A stretch of DNA of 64,000 nucleotides, from the NCBI GenBank assembly GCA_963675295.2, contig CAXXKJ010000002.1:3456001-3520000 (forward strand), read 5' to 3'. Made by a program: the position numbers and the translations under genes. The stretch comes from a bacterium (GTDB lineage: Bacteria > Electryoneota > Electryoneia > Electryoneales > Electryoneaceae). Shown here piece after piece: positions 10,713 through 21,119 of the stretch. Every line of letters begins with the position of its first letter. Within the stretch, counting starts at the first letter, position 1. The notes beneath the pieces are model-generated. The model did no database searches. It was not told where the DNA came from and saw only the letters and a list, made by a program, of their open reading frames with translations.

Positions 10713-12158
10713 ATGAGAAAACTGTTCACGTTCTTTATCCTGGTTGGTTTGGTCTTCATGGCGGTTCCGGGCCATGCACTGGAGAAAAAGCCGGACGTGC
10801 TGCACTACGGCATCTCAGTTGGTGGTGCGATCGGGGACAACATTTACAATCGTGAGAACTGGGTGCCGCAGTTCCGTGGGCATCTCGGTCTCGAAGTCGC
10901 CTCCATGGTCTACACCGAGTTCGGCCTGCACTACGCCGGGCTTCGCGGTGACGCCACCCGCCGTGGGTTCAAGGGCTACAAAACGAACACCCTGATCGGC
11001 GACTGGCGGATGGTTTTCTCGCCGTTTGACATGTCACCGGTACAGCCGTTCATCTACGCCGGCTTCGGTGTCAGCAAGGATCTTCAGGTCAGCGACAGCG
11101 ACCTCTTGCCCGTCGTGCCGTTCGGTGCGGGACTGCGGTTTTACATCGCACCGAAACTGGCGATCGACCTCAGCGGAACGTACGACCTGTTTATCTCGGA
11201 CGATCTTGATGGCTACGAGCGTGAGGGCAAGAAAAACCCGATCAGCGGCGGCAAACACGACGCATTTTACGGGTTCATGGTCGGCTTGTCAGTTGTTCCG
11301 GAACGTGTGGACTGGGAAGCGCTCGAGCTCGCGGAGAAGCGGCGCATGGAAGAGGAAGCGCGCCTGGCGGCATTGGCTGCGGATCCGGACGGTGACGGCC
11401 TGACCACCGGCGACGAACAGAACAGCTACAAGACCGATTCGCAGGACCCGGACACCGACGACGACGGACTGCTCGACGGCGCCGAAATCCGTACATACTC
11501 GACGAATCCGTTGAAGGCGGACACCGACAGTGACGGTCTGGACGACGGCACCGAGGTCAACAAGTTCAAGTCGAATCCTTTGCTCACCGACACCGACGCC
11601 GACGGCTTGGCGGACGGTGTCGAGGTCAGCCTCTACAAGACCGATCCGGCGAACAATGATACGGACGGTGACGGTCTGCGTGACGGCGAAGAGATCAGCA
11701 TCTACAAGACCGATCCGACCATGGTCGACACCGACATGGGCGGTCTCAACGATGGAGCTGAGATCGAACGCGGCAAGGACCCGCTGAATCCGGACGATGA
11801 CGGTATAGTGCTGGAAACCGGCAATGAGCTTGTGCTGCACGGCATCAACTTCGAGCTCAACAGCGACAAGCTGACCCCGAATTCGATCACGATTCTGGAA
11901 GGTGTGTACGAGGCGCTGCTCGAGTTCCCGGACGCCGAAGTCATCATCGAGGGTCACTCGGACAGTTCCGGAAACGACGAATACAACCTGGCGCTGTCGC
12001 AGAAACGCGCGAATGCCGTGATGACGTGGCTGGTGCGCAAGGGAATCGACTCCCGCCGTCTCGAAGCGGTTGGTAAGGGTGAAACCGAACCGATCGCGGA
12101 CAACGGCACCGCGGAAGGGCGTGCGCAGAACCGCCGTATCGAGTTCTCGGTGAAGTAA
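10713..12158 (+). CDS. OmpA-family protein: beta-barrel + Ca-binding DxDxDG repeats + peptidoglycan-binding domain
   Basis: Signal peptide; about six DTDGDGLxDGxE..T(D/N)P repeats; [33 protein letters not shown]. Confidence 0.9.
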   Translation: MRKLFTFFILVGLVFMAVPGHALEKKPDVLHYGISVGGAIGDNIYNRENWVPQFRGHLGLEVASMVYTEFGLHYAGLRGDATRRGFKGYKTNTLIGDWRMVFSPFDMSPVQPFIYAGFGVSKDLQVSDSDLLPVVPFGAGLRFYIAPKLAIDLSGTYDLFISDDLDGYEREGKKNPISGGKHDAFYGFMVGLSVVPERVDWEALELAEKRRMEEEARLAALAADPDGDGLTTGDEQNSYKTDSQDPDTDDDGLLDGAEIRTYSTNPLKADTDSDGLDDGTEVNKFKSNPLLTDTDADGLADGVEVSLYKTDPANNDTDGDGLRDGEEISIYKTDPTMVDTDMGGLNDGAEIERGKDPLNPDDDGIVLETGNELVLHGINFELNSDKLTPNSITILEGVYEALLEFPDAEVIIEGHSDSSGNDEYNLALSQKRANAVMTWLVRKGIDSRRLEAVGKGETEPIADNGTAEGRAQNRRIEFSVK

Positions 12159-12213
12159 GCCACGATTCTAAACAGTCGCGTCGCAGGCTGACGCAAGTTG
12201 AAAATTTCCAACT

Positions 12214-12248
12214 CATCCCTGCCGTTTCACGCGGCAGGGATGTTTTTA
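12214..12248 (+). terminator. Intrinsic terminator
   Basis: CATCCCTGCCG / CGGCAGGGATG stem followed by TTTTT. Confidence 0.8.
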
Positions 12249-12394
12249 TATTTGCCAGAGGGGATCAAATTCGATCTGGAACCCCGAATCCGATTTGACT
12301 GGAGATACGAGTAGCGCGCAATTGGTTCATTGCGATACTATTATGCCAACATGGGAAAGAGTTAAGGGTTGAAACACGAACCGAGGGGGTCAGG

Positions 12395-13837
12395 ATGAAG
12401 TCAGGGTCCAAGTTTGTGGTACTGTTGTTGTTGCTCGTGTTCGCCGCGCAGACGTATGCGGAGATGGACACATCGAACCTTCACTACGGTATCGCGGTTG
12501 GTGGAGCAATGGGCGATAACCGTCACAACCGGGAAAACTTGGTGCCCCAGTTCCGGGGTCACCTGGGGATTGATCTGATTCCAAGGCTGTGGGTTGAGTT
12601 TGGCATCCGCTATCATGAAATCGGTGCTGATCCAAACAAGCTTGGGAATTTCGGGTACGAGACGAACAACCTGATGCTTGATTGGCGTGCCGTTTTCACA
12701 CCGTGGCACATGTCTGATTGGCAACCATTTGTTTTCCTGGGGTACGGTGTCATTCAGGACATGGACAACGGTAGCAACGGCGTGATGCCGATGATTCCGA
12801 TGGGTCTGGGGTTGCGTTACTACCTGATGGAAACTCTCACCATCGACGGAACCCTGACCTACGACATCGCGCTGGATGACGACTGGGATGGGTATGAACG
12901 TCGCGGCAAGAAGAATCCGCTCACGGGCAACAAGCACGACTCCGCGTTTGGCTTCCTGCTCGGCTTGACCGTGGTGCCGGAACGTATCGACCATGAAGCC
13001 GTGGCCGCCGCGGAAAAGGCGCGCATGGAAGAGGAAGCCCGTCTCGCCGCGCTGGCGGCAGACCCGGATGGCGATGGCCTCACCACCGGCGACGAGCAGT
13101 CCATGTACAACACCGACCCGAACGTGGCGGACACGGACGGCGACGGCCTGATGGATGGCGCCGAGATTCGCACGCACCAGACCGACCCGACGATGGCCGA
13201 CACCGATGGTGACGGCCTTTCCGACGGTGACGAGGTCAACACCTACATGTCTAATCCGCTGGTTGCCGACAGTGATGGCGACGCCCTCGCGGACGGCGCC
13301 GAGGTGAACACATACGGAACCAACCCGGGCTCGATGGACACGGACGGCGATGGTCTCTCGGACGGTGACGAAGTCAACGTCCACATGACGAACCCGACCA
13401 GCATTGACACTGACCTCGGCGGCATGATTGACGGCATGGAGATCGAGAAGGGCCGCGACCCGTTGAACGGCGAGGACGACGGTATGGTGCTCGAAACCGG
13501 CAAGGAGCTGGTGCTGCACGACATCAATTTCGAGCTCAACAGCGACAAGTTGACGCCGAACTCGATCACCATCCTTGAAGAGGTTTACGCCGCGCTGATG
13601 GACTTCCCGGAAGCGGAAGTGATCATTGAAGGCCACTCGGACAGCTCGGGCAACGACGACTACAACCTGTCGCTGTCGCAGAAGCGCGCCGAAGCGGTCA
13701 AGACCTGGCTGGTCAACCGTGGCATTGACGCGAGCCGGATGGAGGCCGTCGGTATCGGTGAAGCCGATCCGATCGCGGACAACAGCACCGCGGAAGGCCG
13801 TGCCGAGAACCGCCGCATCGAGTTCAAGGTGAAGTAA
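12395..13837 (+). CDS. OmpA-family protein, tandem paralog of 10713-12158
   Basis: Same architecture; near-identical linker and OmpA_C domain. Confidence 0.9.
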   Translation: MKSGSKFVVLLLLLVFAAQTYAEMDTSNLHYGIAVGGAMGDNRHNRENLVPQFRGHLGIDLIPRLWVEFGIRYHEIGADPNKLGNFGYETNNLMLDWRAVFTPWHMSDWQPFVFLGYGVIQDMDNGSNGVMPMIPMGLGLRYYLMETLTIDGTLTYDIALDDDWDGYERRGKKNPLTGNKHDSAFGFLLGLTVVPERIDHEAVAAAEKARMEEEARLAALAADPDGDGLTTGDEQSMYNTDPNVADTDGDGLMDGAEIRTHQTDPTMADTDGDGLSDGDEVNTYMSNPLVADSDGDALADGAEVNTYGTNPGSMDTDGDGLSDGDEVNVHMTNPTSIDTDLGGMIDGMEIEKGRDPLNGEDDGMVLETGKELVLHDINFELNSDKLTPNSITILEEVYAALMDFPEAEVIIEGHSDSSGNDDYNLSLSQKRAEAVKTWLVNRGIDASRMEAVGIGEADPIADNSTAEGRAENRRIEFKVK

Positions 13838-13870
13838 CTCACGCAACGCAAGTCAGATTGAGTTTCTCAA

Positions 13871-13910
13871 GCCGTCCGGCATCGCATTGATTGCCGGACG
13901 GTTTTTCTTT
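13871..13910 (+). terminator. Intrinsic terminator
   Basis: CCGTCCGGCA / TGCCGGACGG stem followed by TTTTTCTTT. Confidence 0.8.
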
Positions 13911-14196
13911 GCCCATCACAGAGTGGCAGGATTGGTCGCTTTTTGTTGAAACGTCATACAATCTACCCCGCGTACTTGATAGCTGCACGACAGAAACTGG
14001 AGTTTTAAACGATGAATGCTCTTGGCTGAATTCAGCCGGTTTCCTATCCAGAAAAATCGTGAGATATTGCTTTGAATTCAGGTCTCTGGAATCATGCGCA
14101 GGAGCTGTTTATTTGACACGACATCACAGGTCCACATCGCTATCTTGGCGTTCGACCAACAGTCCCGGTTCCGGATAAGCTGCGAGAGGTTGAGGA

Positions 14197-16683
14197 ATGC
14201 CTGCCAGGCAAATACGTCTTACGATTGTCCTGCTGATTCTCTGCACCTTGTGCGCGCTTTCAGCTGACGTGATTGCCACACCGGACCCCACGTCAACACC
14301 GGCCAGCGCGGTTTCCGGCCGCGTGTTGGACAACACGACTCGTGAGCCGGTTGTCTCCGCTAACATTCTCCTCGTTGGCACGACTCTGGGTACAACAACC
14401 GATTTGAACGGATCGTTCACTCTCTCCAACCTCGAACCCGGCTCATACAGCCTGCAGGTCTCCGCGCTCGGATACCGTACCCAACTGGTGGATGAGATCA
14501 ACCTGCTGCCCAACCGAGTCCGCACCGTCGAAGTCCTGCTCGAGGAAACGGTCCTCGAAAACGAAGCCGTCACCTTTACCACCGGCTACTTCGCAAACAC
14601 GTCCCCGGATCTCCCCACCTCGTCTCGCTCGTTGCGCTATGAGGAAGTACGACGTGCGCCGGGTGCTGCGGAAGACGTGCAGCGGGCGATCCAGGCATTG
14701 CCCGGAGTGGCCGGAGAAAGTGACCAGAACAACGAGATCGTGGTCCGTGGTGGTGACCCTTCCGAAAATCTGACCGTGATGGACGGCATCGAGGTCGAGA
14801 ATATCAACCATTTCGGCTATGTCGGGTCTACCGGCGGGCCGGTGTCGGCGTTGAATAATGAATTCCTCCAGGATGTCACCTTCGCCTCCGGCGGATTTTC
14901 CGCCCGGTACGGCGACAAGCTTTCCAGCGTACTGGATCTGACCCTGCGCGAGGGATCGCGGTCCCGTTTCTCCGGCGCCGCCAACCTCGGCATGGCTGGA
15001 ATCGGCGGCAACGTGGAAGGTCCGATCCAGAACGGGCGCGGCTCGTACCTCATCGCCGCGCGTAAAAGCTACCTCGACTGGGTCGCCGGGGGGGGGACCG
15101 GGCTGACCTCCGTCCCCTACTACTGGAACACGCAGGCGAAGATCGCCTACGACCTCAGTTCCCGTCACCTGCTGACCGTCAATGCGCTGTACGCCAACGA
15201 CAAGATCCTCATCGACGAAGATGAGGAAGGCAGTTTCAGCCGTGGCGTCGAAAAAGTGGACACCAACAGCGACCGGCTCATCGCCGGCGCACGTCTGCGC
15301 AGCCTCTGGGGGGCAGGATACACGGATCTGGTTATTGCCGGTGTCGCCAGCGACTACTACTACGACGTCTACGAGATCGACTACAACGCCGCCGGTGATC
15401 GGCTCGAAAGCCGCTGGGCGAAGCAGACCATTGACGAGAACACCTATCAGGTCAGCCTGCACTGGAACGGGAACGGGTTCGGCTATGACGACTGGGGCGC
15501 CGGTGTGGTCTGGAAACCTGTCGAGTTCACGCAGGACACCTGGCGTCAACCGGACACCACCGTCTTCAATGACGGTTACCTCCAAACCCTCGGATTCCCG
15601 GTTCCGGCGGATGGGTTGCCGGATACTGTGGCCTACGCTGACTACGTCAACCGGCTCGGGCTGAAATCCAGCAAGTTCGGCGGCTACCTGCAGTATCGTT
15701 GGCGGCCAGTGAACCGTTTCTCATTGCTCGCAGGTGCCCGGTACGACGGTTTCGCATTCTCAGACGATCACACGGTCGCCCCACGATTGTCCTTGTCCTG
15801 GCTTCTGCATCGTGACATCGAGCTGACGGCCGCGTACGGGATCTACTACCAGGCGCAACCGTTATTCCAGTATGTCTGGGACCCGTTCGGCGGCAACGAA
15901 ACCCTCCCCCATATCCGCGCGGATCAGTACGTGCTCGGCATCAGCCTCGAGCCGCGAAGTTCAACCCGTCTCAGCGTGGAAGGCTACTACAAGGAATACT
16001 CAGACCTGCTGGTGCCCGAGGAAGCGGTCGTCCGTGAAACCACCGGCAACTACTTCTTCGACAGCGAACGCATGCTGGCCGATCGCGCCAAAACCGCCTG
16101 GGGCGTGGAAGTCTTCGCGCAGCAACGGATGTCGGCGAACTGGTACGGAACCTTCAGCTACTCCTACGGGAAGGCGGAAACCGATGATCCGGCGTGGGGC
16201 GTTCACCCTGCGAGCTATGATTTCCGGCACGTATCGACCCTCGTGCTCGGCTACCGTACCTCGCTGCTGCAGTATGACTGGTATCGCAAACAGCTGGACC
16301 AGCCGTGGGGCATCGTGTTGCGTGTCCTGCCGTTAAACGGGGACGAATTGCAGCTCTCGACCCGTTACCGCTTCATCAGCGGCCGGCCGTACACGCCACA
16401 GGTGTGGTACGAGGAGGGCGAGGCGTCGCCTGATCCCATCTACGAAGCTCACTGGGCGCCGGACGACCGCAACAGCGCGAACTACCCGTCCTATTCACGC
16501 TGGGACGTTCGTCTCGACAACAAGTATTACTTCGGGAAAACGTCGCTCACCTTCTACCTCGAAGTGCAGAATGTCCTCGACCGGAAGAACGTTTCCGACT
16601 ACGCGTACGGCGACGACGGCGAGGTCGATACCATTTACCAGTTCCGCTTTTTCTTCGTCGGCGGGATTCGATTTGAGTTCTAG
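14197..16683 (+). CDS. TonB-dependent receptor with N-terminal carboxypeptidase-regulatory-like domain
   Basis: VSGRVLD...GTTTDLNGSF; plug motifs IQALPGV, VRGG..EN, GGFSARYG; C-terminal NVLDRKN...GIRFEF. Confidence 0.92.
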   Translation: MPARQIRLTIVLLILCTLCALSADVIATPDPTSTPASAVSGRVLDNTTREPVVSANILLVGTTLGTTTDLNGSFTLSNLEPGSYSLQVSALGYRTQLVDEINLLPNRVRTVEVLLEETVLENEAVTFTTGYFANTSPDLPTSSRSLRYEEVRRAPGAAEDVQRAIQALPGVAGESDQNNEIVVRGGDPSENLTVMDGIEVENINHFGYVGSTGGPVSALNNEFLQDVTFASGGFSARYGDKLSSVLDLTLREGSRSRFSGAANLGMAGIGGNVEGPIQNGRGSYLIAARKSYLDWVAGGGTGLTSVPYYWNTQAKIAYDLSSRHLLTVNALYANDKILIDEDEEGSFSRGVEKVDTNSDRLIAGARLRSLWGAGYTDLVIAGVASDYYYDVYEIDYNAAGDRLESRWAKQTIDENTYQVSLHWNGNGFGYDDWGAGVVWKPVEFTQDTWRQPDTTVFNDGYLQTLGFPVPADGLPDTVAYADYVNRLGLKSSKFGGYLQYRWRPVNRFSLLAGARYDGFAFSDDHTVAPRLSLSWLLHRDIELTAAYGIYYQAQPLFQYVWDPFGGNETLPHIRADQYVLGISLEPRSSTRLSVEGYYKEYSDLLVPEEAVVRETTGNYFFDSERMLADRAKTAWGVEVFAQQRMSANWYGTFSYSYGKAETDDPAWGVHPASYDFRHVSTLVLGYRTSLLQYDWYRKQLDQPWGIVLRVLPLNGDELQLSTRYRFISGRPYTPQVWYEEGEASPDPIYEAHWAPDDRNSANYPSYSRWDVRLDNKYYFGKTSLTFYLEVQNVLDRKNVSDYAYGDDGEVDTIYQFRFFFVGGIRFEF

Positions 16684-16729
16684 TCCGGGCCGTAATACAC
16701 GGCATGGTGTTGCGCTTCTCAGTGGGCCG

Positions 16730-16757
16730 CAAACCCCCGAGACGGGAGGTTTGTTTG
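16730..16757 (+). terminator. Probable intrinsic terminator
   Basis: CAAACCCCCG / CGGGAGGTTTG imperfect stem followed by a T-rich tail. Confidence 0.5.
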
Positions 16758-16829
16758 GTTGACCATTTGCGTTACATCTCCGATATTGCTAGACCAAACT
16801 TGTGAAAACCGGAACCAGTGAGGTGGGCA

Positions 16830-18578
16830 ATGGATGTGCGCGGAAAGAAGGGGATGGTGCTCGGCGGTTTTGGTCTTGTCGGCATGGCGGTGTGCCGCAA
16901 ACTGGCCAGCGAAGGGGTGAATGAACTGATCGTCACCTCGTTGAAGGAACAGGAAGCGAACAGTGCCTGCGCCACCTTGTCCAGCGAATATCCGGACGTC
17001 ACCTTCACCCCCGCTTGGGGCGACCTGTTCGTCCGTACGGATTTTAAGGATTCCTCCCGCCGGGACGTCATGTCCGACCCGGACAAGCGCCGCACCTTCA
17101 TCCGTGACTTGCTCGATCCGCTCATCCCGGAAGTGTATCAGCGAATCACGTTGTATGATCAAATCGTCACGAACAAGCCGTACTTCGTGATCGACTGCAT
17201 CAACACCGCGACCGGGATTGCGTACCAGGACGTGTACGAGCAGTCGGAAAAGGTGCTCGACAAACTTGACCGTTACCGTGACAAGCCAGTGGACGACGAG
17301 CTCACCGACGTCGTCGAGGACCTGATCGCGAGCATGAACGCCCCGCAGCTCGTGCGTCACATCCAGATCCTTCACAACGCGCTGATCGATGGCGCGTGCC
17401 GTGGCTACCTCAAGGTCGGAACCACCGGTACCGGCGGCATGGGCCTCAACATTCCGTATACCCACAGCGAGGACCGGCCGAGCCGTGTCCTGCTGACCAA
17501 GAACGCGATGGGTGGCGCGCAGACGTTGATGTTGTTCCTGATGGGCCGGACGCCGTTGCAGCAGGATGACGGCTCCATCCGTGAGATCTTCGTCAAGGAG
17601 ATCAAGCCCGCGGCTGCAATCGCGTGGAAAGGTGTCAAGGCTGGCGAAATCCGCAAGCGCGGCGTATCGTTCCCGCGTTTCAACATGCCGATGGACAAGG
17701 CGTTGCCGCTGGGTGATGTCGTTTCCAGCCGTGCGGAAGACGGTCCGTGGTCCCGTAACGGCGACGATACCCTGAAGAGCGTCTACATCGATACCGGCGA
17801 AAACGGGATTTTCTCGGAAGGCGAGTTTACCGCGATCACCGAGATGGGCCAGATGGAATTTGTTACGCCGGAAGAAATCGCGCAACAGGTGGCGTGGGAA
17901 CTGATGGGCGGAAATTCGGGCCATGATGTGATTGGTGCGTTGGACGCGTCCGTGCTCGAACCGACGTACCGCGCTGGTGTGTTGCGCCAGGTGGCGTTGG
18001 ATAAGCTTCGCTACGTCAAGAAGCAGTGGGAAGAAGACGGCGCAGACCTGGACGAATCGGTCGCGTTCGAGCTGCTCGGCCCGCCGCGGCTGACCAAGCT
18101 GCTGCACGAGGCGAACCTGATCCGTCACGCGTACCAGACGATGCGCGCGGCGTCGATGGCGAAACCGGGCGAGATCGCGGACGAATGCCGCTCGGTGCTT
18201 GGCCGCAACGAGAAGCTGCGTAGCGCGATCCTCAGCGTCGGTGTGCCGGTGCTGCTGCCGGACGGGAAAAGCTACCTCCGTGGACCGAACCTGCTGATCC
18301 CGCATCACGCCGTCCAGACCGAGTTCGACGCGACGCCGGAAAACATCGACTACTGGTGCGATAAGGGCTGGGTGGATTTGCGTCCGTCCAACATGGAACG
18401 CTGGCTCGGCTGGTTCGACGCGATCCTCCGTCAGAAAGACGAACGCCCGAGCGACGATACAAGTAGCCGCTTCGACTTCGACGAAACGTATTTCGATCCG
18501 GATGAAGAGATCAACCCCGGGAAGATGGCCGGCTGGATCTTCATCAACATCGACAAGGGTAAGCGGGTGAAGCGGTAA
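16830..18578 (+). CDS. Uncharacterised large Rossmann-fold (SDR-like) oxidoreductase
   Basis: N-terminal VLGGFGLVG dinucleotide-binding motif; IDCINTAT; KVGTTGTGGMGLNIPYTHSE; strong GC3 codon bias. Confidence 0.65.
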   Translation: MDVRGKKGMVLGGFGLVGMAVCRKLASEGVNELIVTSLKEQEANSACATLSSEYPDVTFTPAWGDLFVRTDFKDSSRRDVMSDPDKRRTFIRDLLDPLIPEVYQRITLYDQIVTNKPYFVIDCINTATGIAYQDVYEQSEKVLDKLDRYRDKPVDDELTDVVEDLIASMNAPQLVRHIQILHNALIDGACRGYLKVGTTGTGGMGLNIPYTHSEDRPSRVLLTKNAMGGAQTLMLFLMGRTPLQQDDGSIREIFVKEIKPAAAIAWKGVKAGEIRKRGVSFPRFNMPMDKALPLGDVVSSRAEDGPWSRNGDDTLKSVYIDTGENGIFSEGEFTAITEMGQMEFVTPEEIAQQVAWELMGGNSGHDVIGALDASVLEPTYRAGVLRQVALDKLRYVKKQWEEDGADLDESVAFELLGPPRLTKLLHEANLIRHAYQTMRAASMAKPGEIADECRSVLGRNEKLRSAILSVGVPVLLPDGKSYLRGPNLLIPHHAVQTEFDATPENIDYWCDKGWVDLRPSNMERWLGWFDAILRQKDERPSDDTSSRFDFDETYFDPDEEINPGKMAGWIFINIDKGKRVKR

Positions 18579-18621
18579 GAACGGTTGACGGTAATCGGTA
18601 TTCGGTTGTCGGTAAAATCTC

Positions 18622-18649
18622 AAATCCCCGGGTTGTGGCCCGGGGATTT
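18622..18649. terminator. Bidirectional terminator between convergent genes
   Basis: AAATCCCCGGG / CCCGGGGATTT. Confidence 0.7.
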
Positions 18650-18665
18650 CTCTGTCTGGCCGATC

Positions 18666-19961
18666 CTATTTCAAGTGACCCCAGAACCGTTCGAAGTCCT
18701 GCTGGTAGCTCATGCAGCCAGCGTTGAGGGCGTCGACATCCATCGTTCGCCACTTGGGATTCATCGCCTCGGCGCGGGCGCGGTCGAGGTTGGTGTCGTT
18801 GATCCAACCGTCGATGTAGGTGACGGGTTCGTATTCGTGAATCGGTTTTGTATAAATCCAGCCGTCGCAGAAGTCGATGATGGAAAAGATGCCGTCGTTG
18901 GCTGGCGGGATGTAGTCCCCTACCCCATCGTCCGACGTTGATCCCAGGCCCTGCGGGCGGTCGTAGCCATGCATGTACACCGCATCGGTGATCGGAAGAC
19001 GTTCCAGCGGTGAGTCGGCGACATCGAACCCGGTTGCGAACGGGCCGGCGTCGCGGTTGAGCATGAACGCGTCCAGCCGTCCCCCGGCCGGATGCACGAA
19101 ATCGGCGTCGTATCCAGCGGTGGTGTTCCACGGGGCGTGCAGGAAGACGGTGACGACGTCGGTACCGAGCGAATCGCGGAGGACGTTGCCCATGCGGATC
19201 CGTCCCCAGCTCACGAATGCGCCGTCCTTGACGACGGGTTGCCGGTAGCCGGTGAACGCGTGGTGGATGCCGCAGTGGACCAGGACCTTCGCGCTGTCGG
19301 CGTTGACGGATGTGAGGATCGGCGTCGCCCAGTCGGCTTCGGTCTGGCCATTCAGCACGCGATCCCAGACGGCGTCGTCCTCCCAGTCCGCTTCGGTCTT
19401 GAATTGGCTGAAATCGAGCGTGTTGTTCAGGCCGAGGACGCGGAGCGCGGGATCGCCGGGCGTGCGGTTATGATTGACCAGCCACGCGGCGTGCAGGATG
19501 TCGATGTAGTCCTGGTAGCCCCACGGCATGAACTGGCGGAACTGAATCTCGCGGGCGGTGGCTGACGACCACTCCGGTGCGTTGACCAGCGAGTCAATCA
19601 ATGGCTGGTCCGAGCGGCGGGCGAATTCGGTGGCGAAGGTGGTGACGCCGGACGCGTGCAACGGCGCGAGCAATGACGCGACGAACTGTTCATCATGCTT
19701 GATCCGGTGCTGCTCACCGAGGATGACGACGTCGTGATGCGCGAACAGGCTGGCGATGTAATCGTCCGGGTCGCGACCGTAGTAGTCGAACCACGTTTCC
19801 AGCTCGGCCTGGAGGTCGTCGGAGATGGCAGGCGGGTCGATCATGCTGGATGACGACGTGTCGCAGCAGGACGTGAACAGGGTGATGGGTAGCGTGAACG
19901 CCAGAAGTGGCAGCAGCATTGACAGCGATGTGCGTCGGATCAAACCCAGCTTGGTAACCAT
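18666..19961 (-). CDS. Putative lipoprotein, ChaN/EreA/TIKI-like superfamily
   Basis: G-rich RBS before ATG 19961; lipobox-like FTSCC; DVVILGEQH, FATEF, LVHCGIHH motifs; lies at the 3' end of the 773-codon ORF 18666-20987. Confidence 0.6.
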   Translation of the reverse strand: MVTKLGLIRRTSLSMLLPLLAFTLPITLFTSCCDTSSSSMIDPPAISDDLQAELETWFDYYGRDPDDYIASLFAHHDVVILGEQHRIKHDEQFVASLLAPLHASGVTTFATEFARRSDQPLIDSLVNAPEWSSATAREIQFRQFMPWGYQDYIDILHAAWLVNHNRTPGDPALRVLGLNNTLDFSQFKTEADWEDDAVWDRVLNGQTEADWATPILTSVNADSAKVLVHCGIHHAFTGYRQPVVKDGAFVSWGRIRMGNVLRDSLGTDVVTVFLHAPWNTTAGYDADFVHPAGGRLDAFMLNRDAGPFATGFDVADSPLERLPITDAVYMHGYDRPQGLGSTSDDGVGDYIPPANDGIFSIIDFCDGWIYTKPIHEYEPVTYIDGWINDTNLDRARAEAMNPKWRTMDVDALNAGCMSYQQDFERFWGHLK

Positions 19962-21119
19962 CTCCCCCTCCCCCGTGTTTACGACGAGCCGATGGATGGC
20001 CGCCTCCGCCACCTTGTTTGCGGCTGTCGGAATCAAACTAAACTGCGGAGCTATGGGGTGCAACGGGGATTCGGGGATGAGTTCGGGCATGTCGTAACCC
20101 GGGCGCGGGGCTTGGGGCGCCGGGCTCAGGGGTTGATGGTGCTTCGGTGTAGGATGGTCCCGGACTGAAGTACGTGGGCGTGGGTCTACCGGGGACACTT
20201 TGGGGACAAAGTGTCCCCGGTTCACGTTGGATTCGAGTGTGGACGGTCCGCGTCCGCAAGCGGACACGGGCACATCCTGGTTGTGATTGAAGCGGACGAA
20301 ACCGGCGTGCGCGGAATAATAGCCGTTCTTCTCCCGGAAAATCAGATCCGGGTAGATCAGGCGGCAGGGGTTGGGCTTGGTCGTGCGTTTCAGCCCACGG
20401 TTCCAGCCGCCGCCTGGCCCGTCCGGACCCTGGCCGGGTTTGTAACGCTTGCGTGGTTTGGGTTTCGGGCGTTTGAGGCGACCGTATTCGTCGAGCAGCT
20501 CCGGTGGGACGGGCTCGCCGGAGGAATCGTAGACGGTGGGCGGAGTTCGGAGGACCGGGCCGCCGTTGATGGCGATGGGGAGTGAACCGGGCTCGGGGCT
20601 TGGGGTTCTGGGCTCGGGGGGTGATTCAACCGGCGGATGATCTGCGGTAGCAGAGCTCCCGCGGGCATTTTGATTATGCAGCTCCTGCGGTTCGGGTGGC
20701 GGTATGTCGTGATCCCCGGGTTGACACCCGAAGCTAGTTAGATGCCACCCCTTCGGGGTGGTCGTGCCGTCGAAAGTTGTCGTCTCGACTGGACGGACTT
20801 GCGCGACGCCATGAAGAATTAGCATCTTCCACAGCGAAGCGACGATTCCCTTGACAGCACGGACAAGACGTACGATCCCCCGTTTCCCGATGGTGATGAG
20901 GGAAATACAGGTGTGGATGGCTGGTTGTCGATGCGTCGTGGGCTGCATGGCGGGATGGCTGTGGTGCGCGTGATGGGATCCGCTCACGATGAACGGATGT
21001 TCAGAATTATACTTCCTTTTGTGTTGGTTGTCAAGGCGTTGCGCTAGCTTCGAGAGGATTTTTTAGCAGATCCAGTACATCAATTATTTGCCTACTGAAA
21101 CGACTTCCATGGAGTTCAC

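Noticed and set aside
11390-13480. Periodic GACACCGAC..GACGG repeats as a CRISPR array
   Set aside because: They are degenerate coding repeats for the Ca-binding DxDxDG units of the OmpA proteins; there is no identical repeat-spacer pattern and no cas gene
12401-13846. 481-aa minus-strand ORF, and similar long ORFs such as 14443-15585, 16719-18623, 39501-40634, 44955-46859, 51831-53627 and 61556-62878
   Set aside because: Antisense shadows of well-supported genes, expected from GC3-biased codon usage; no recognisable motifs
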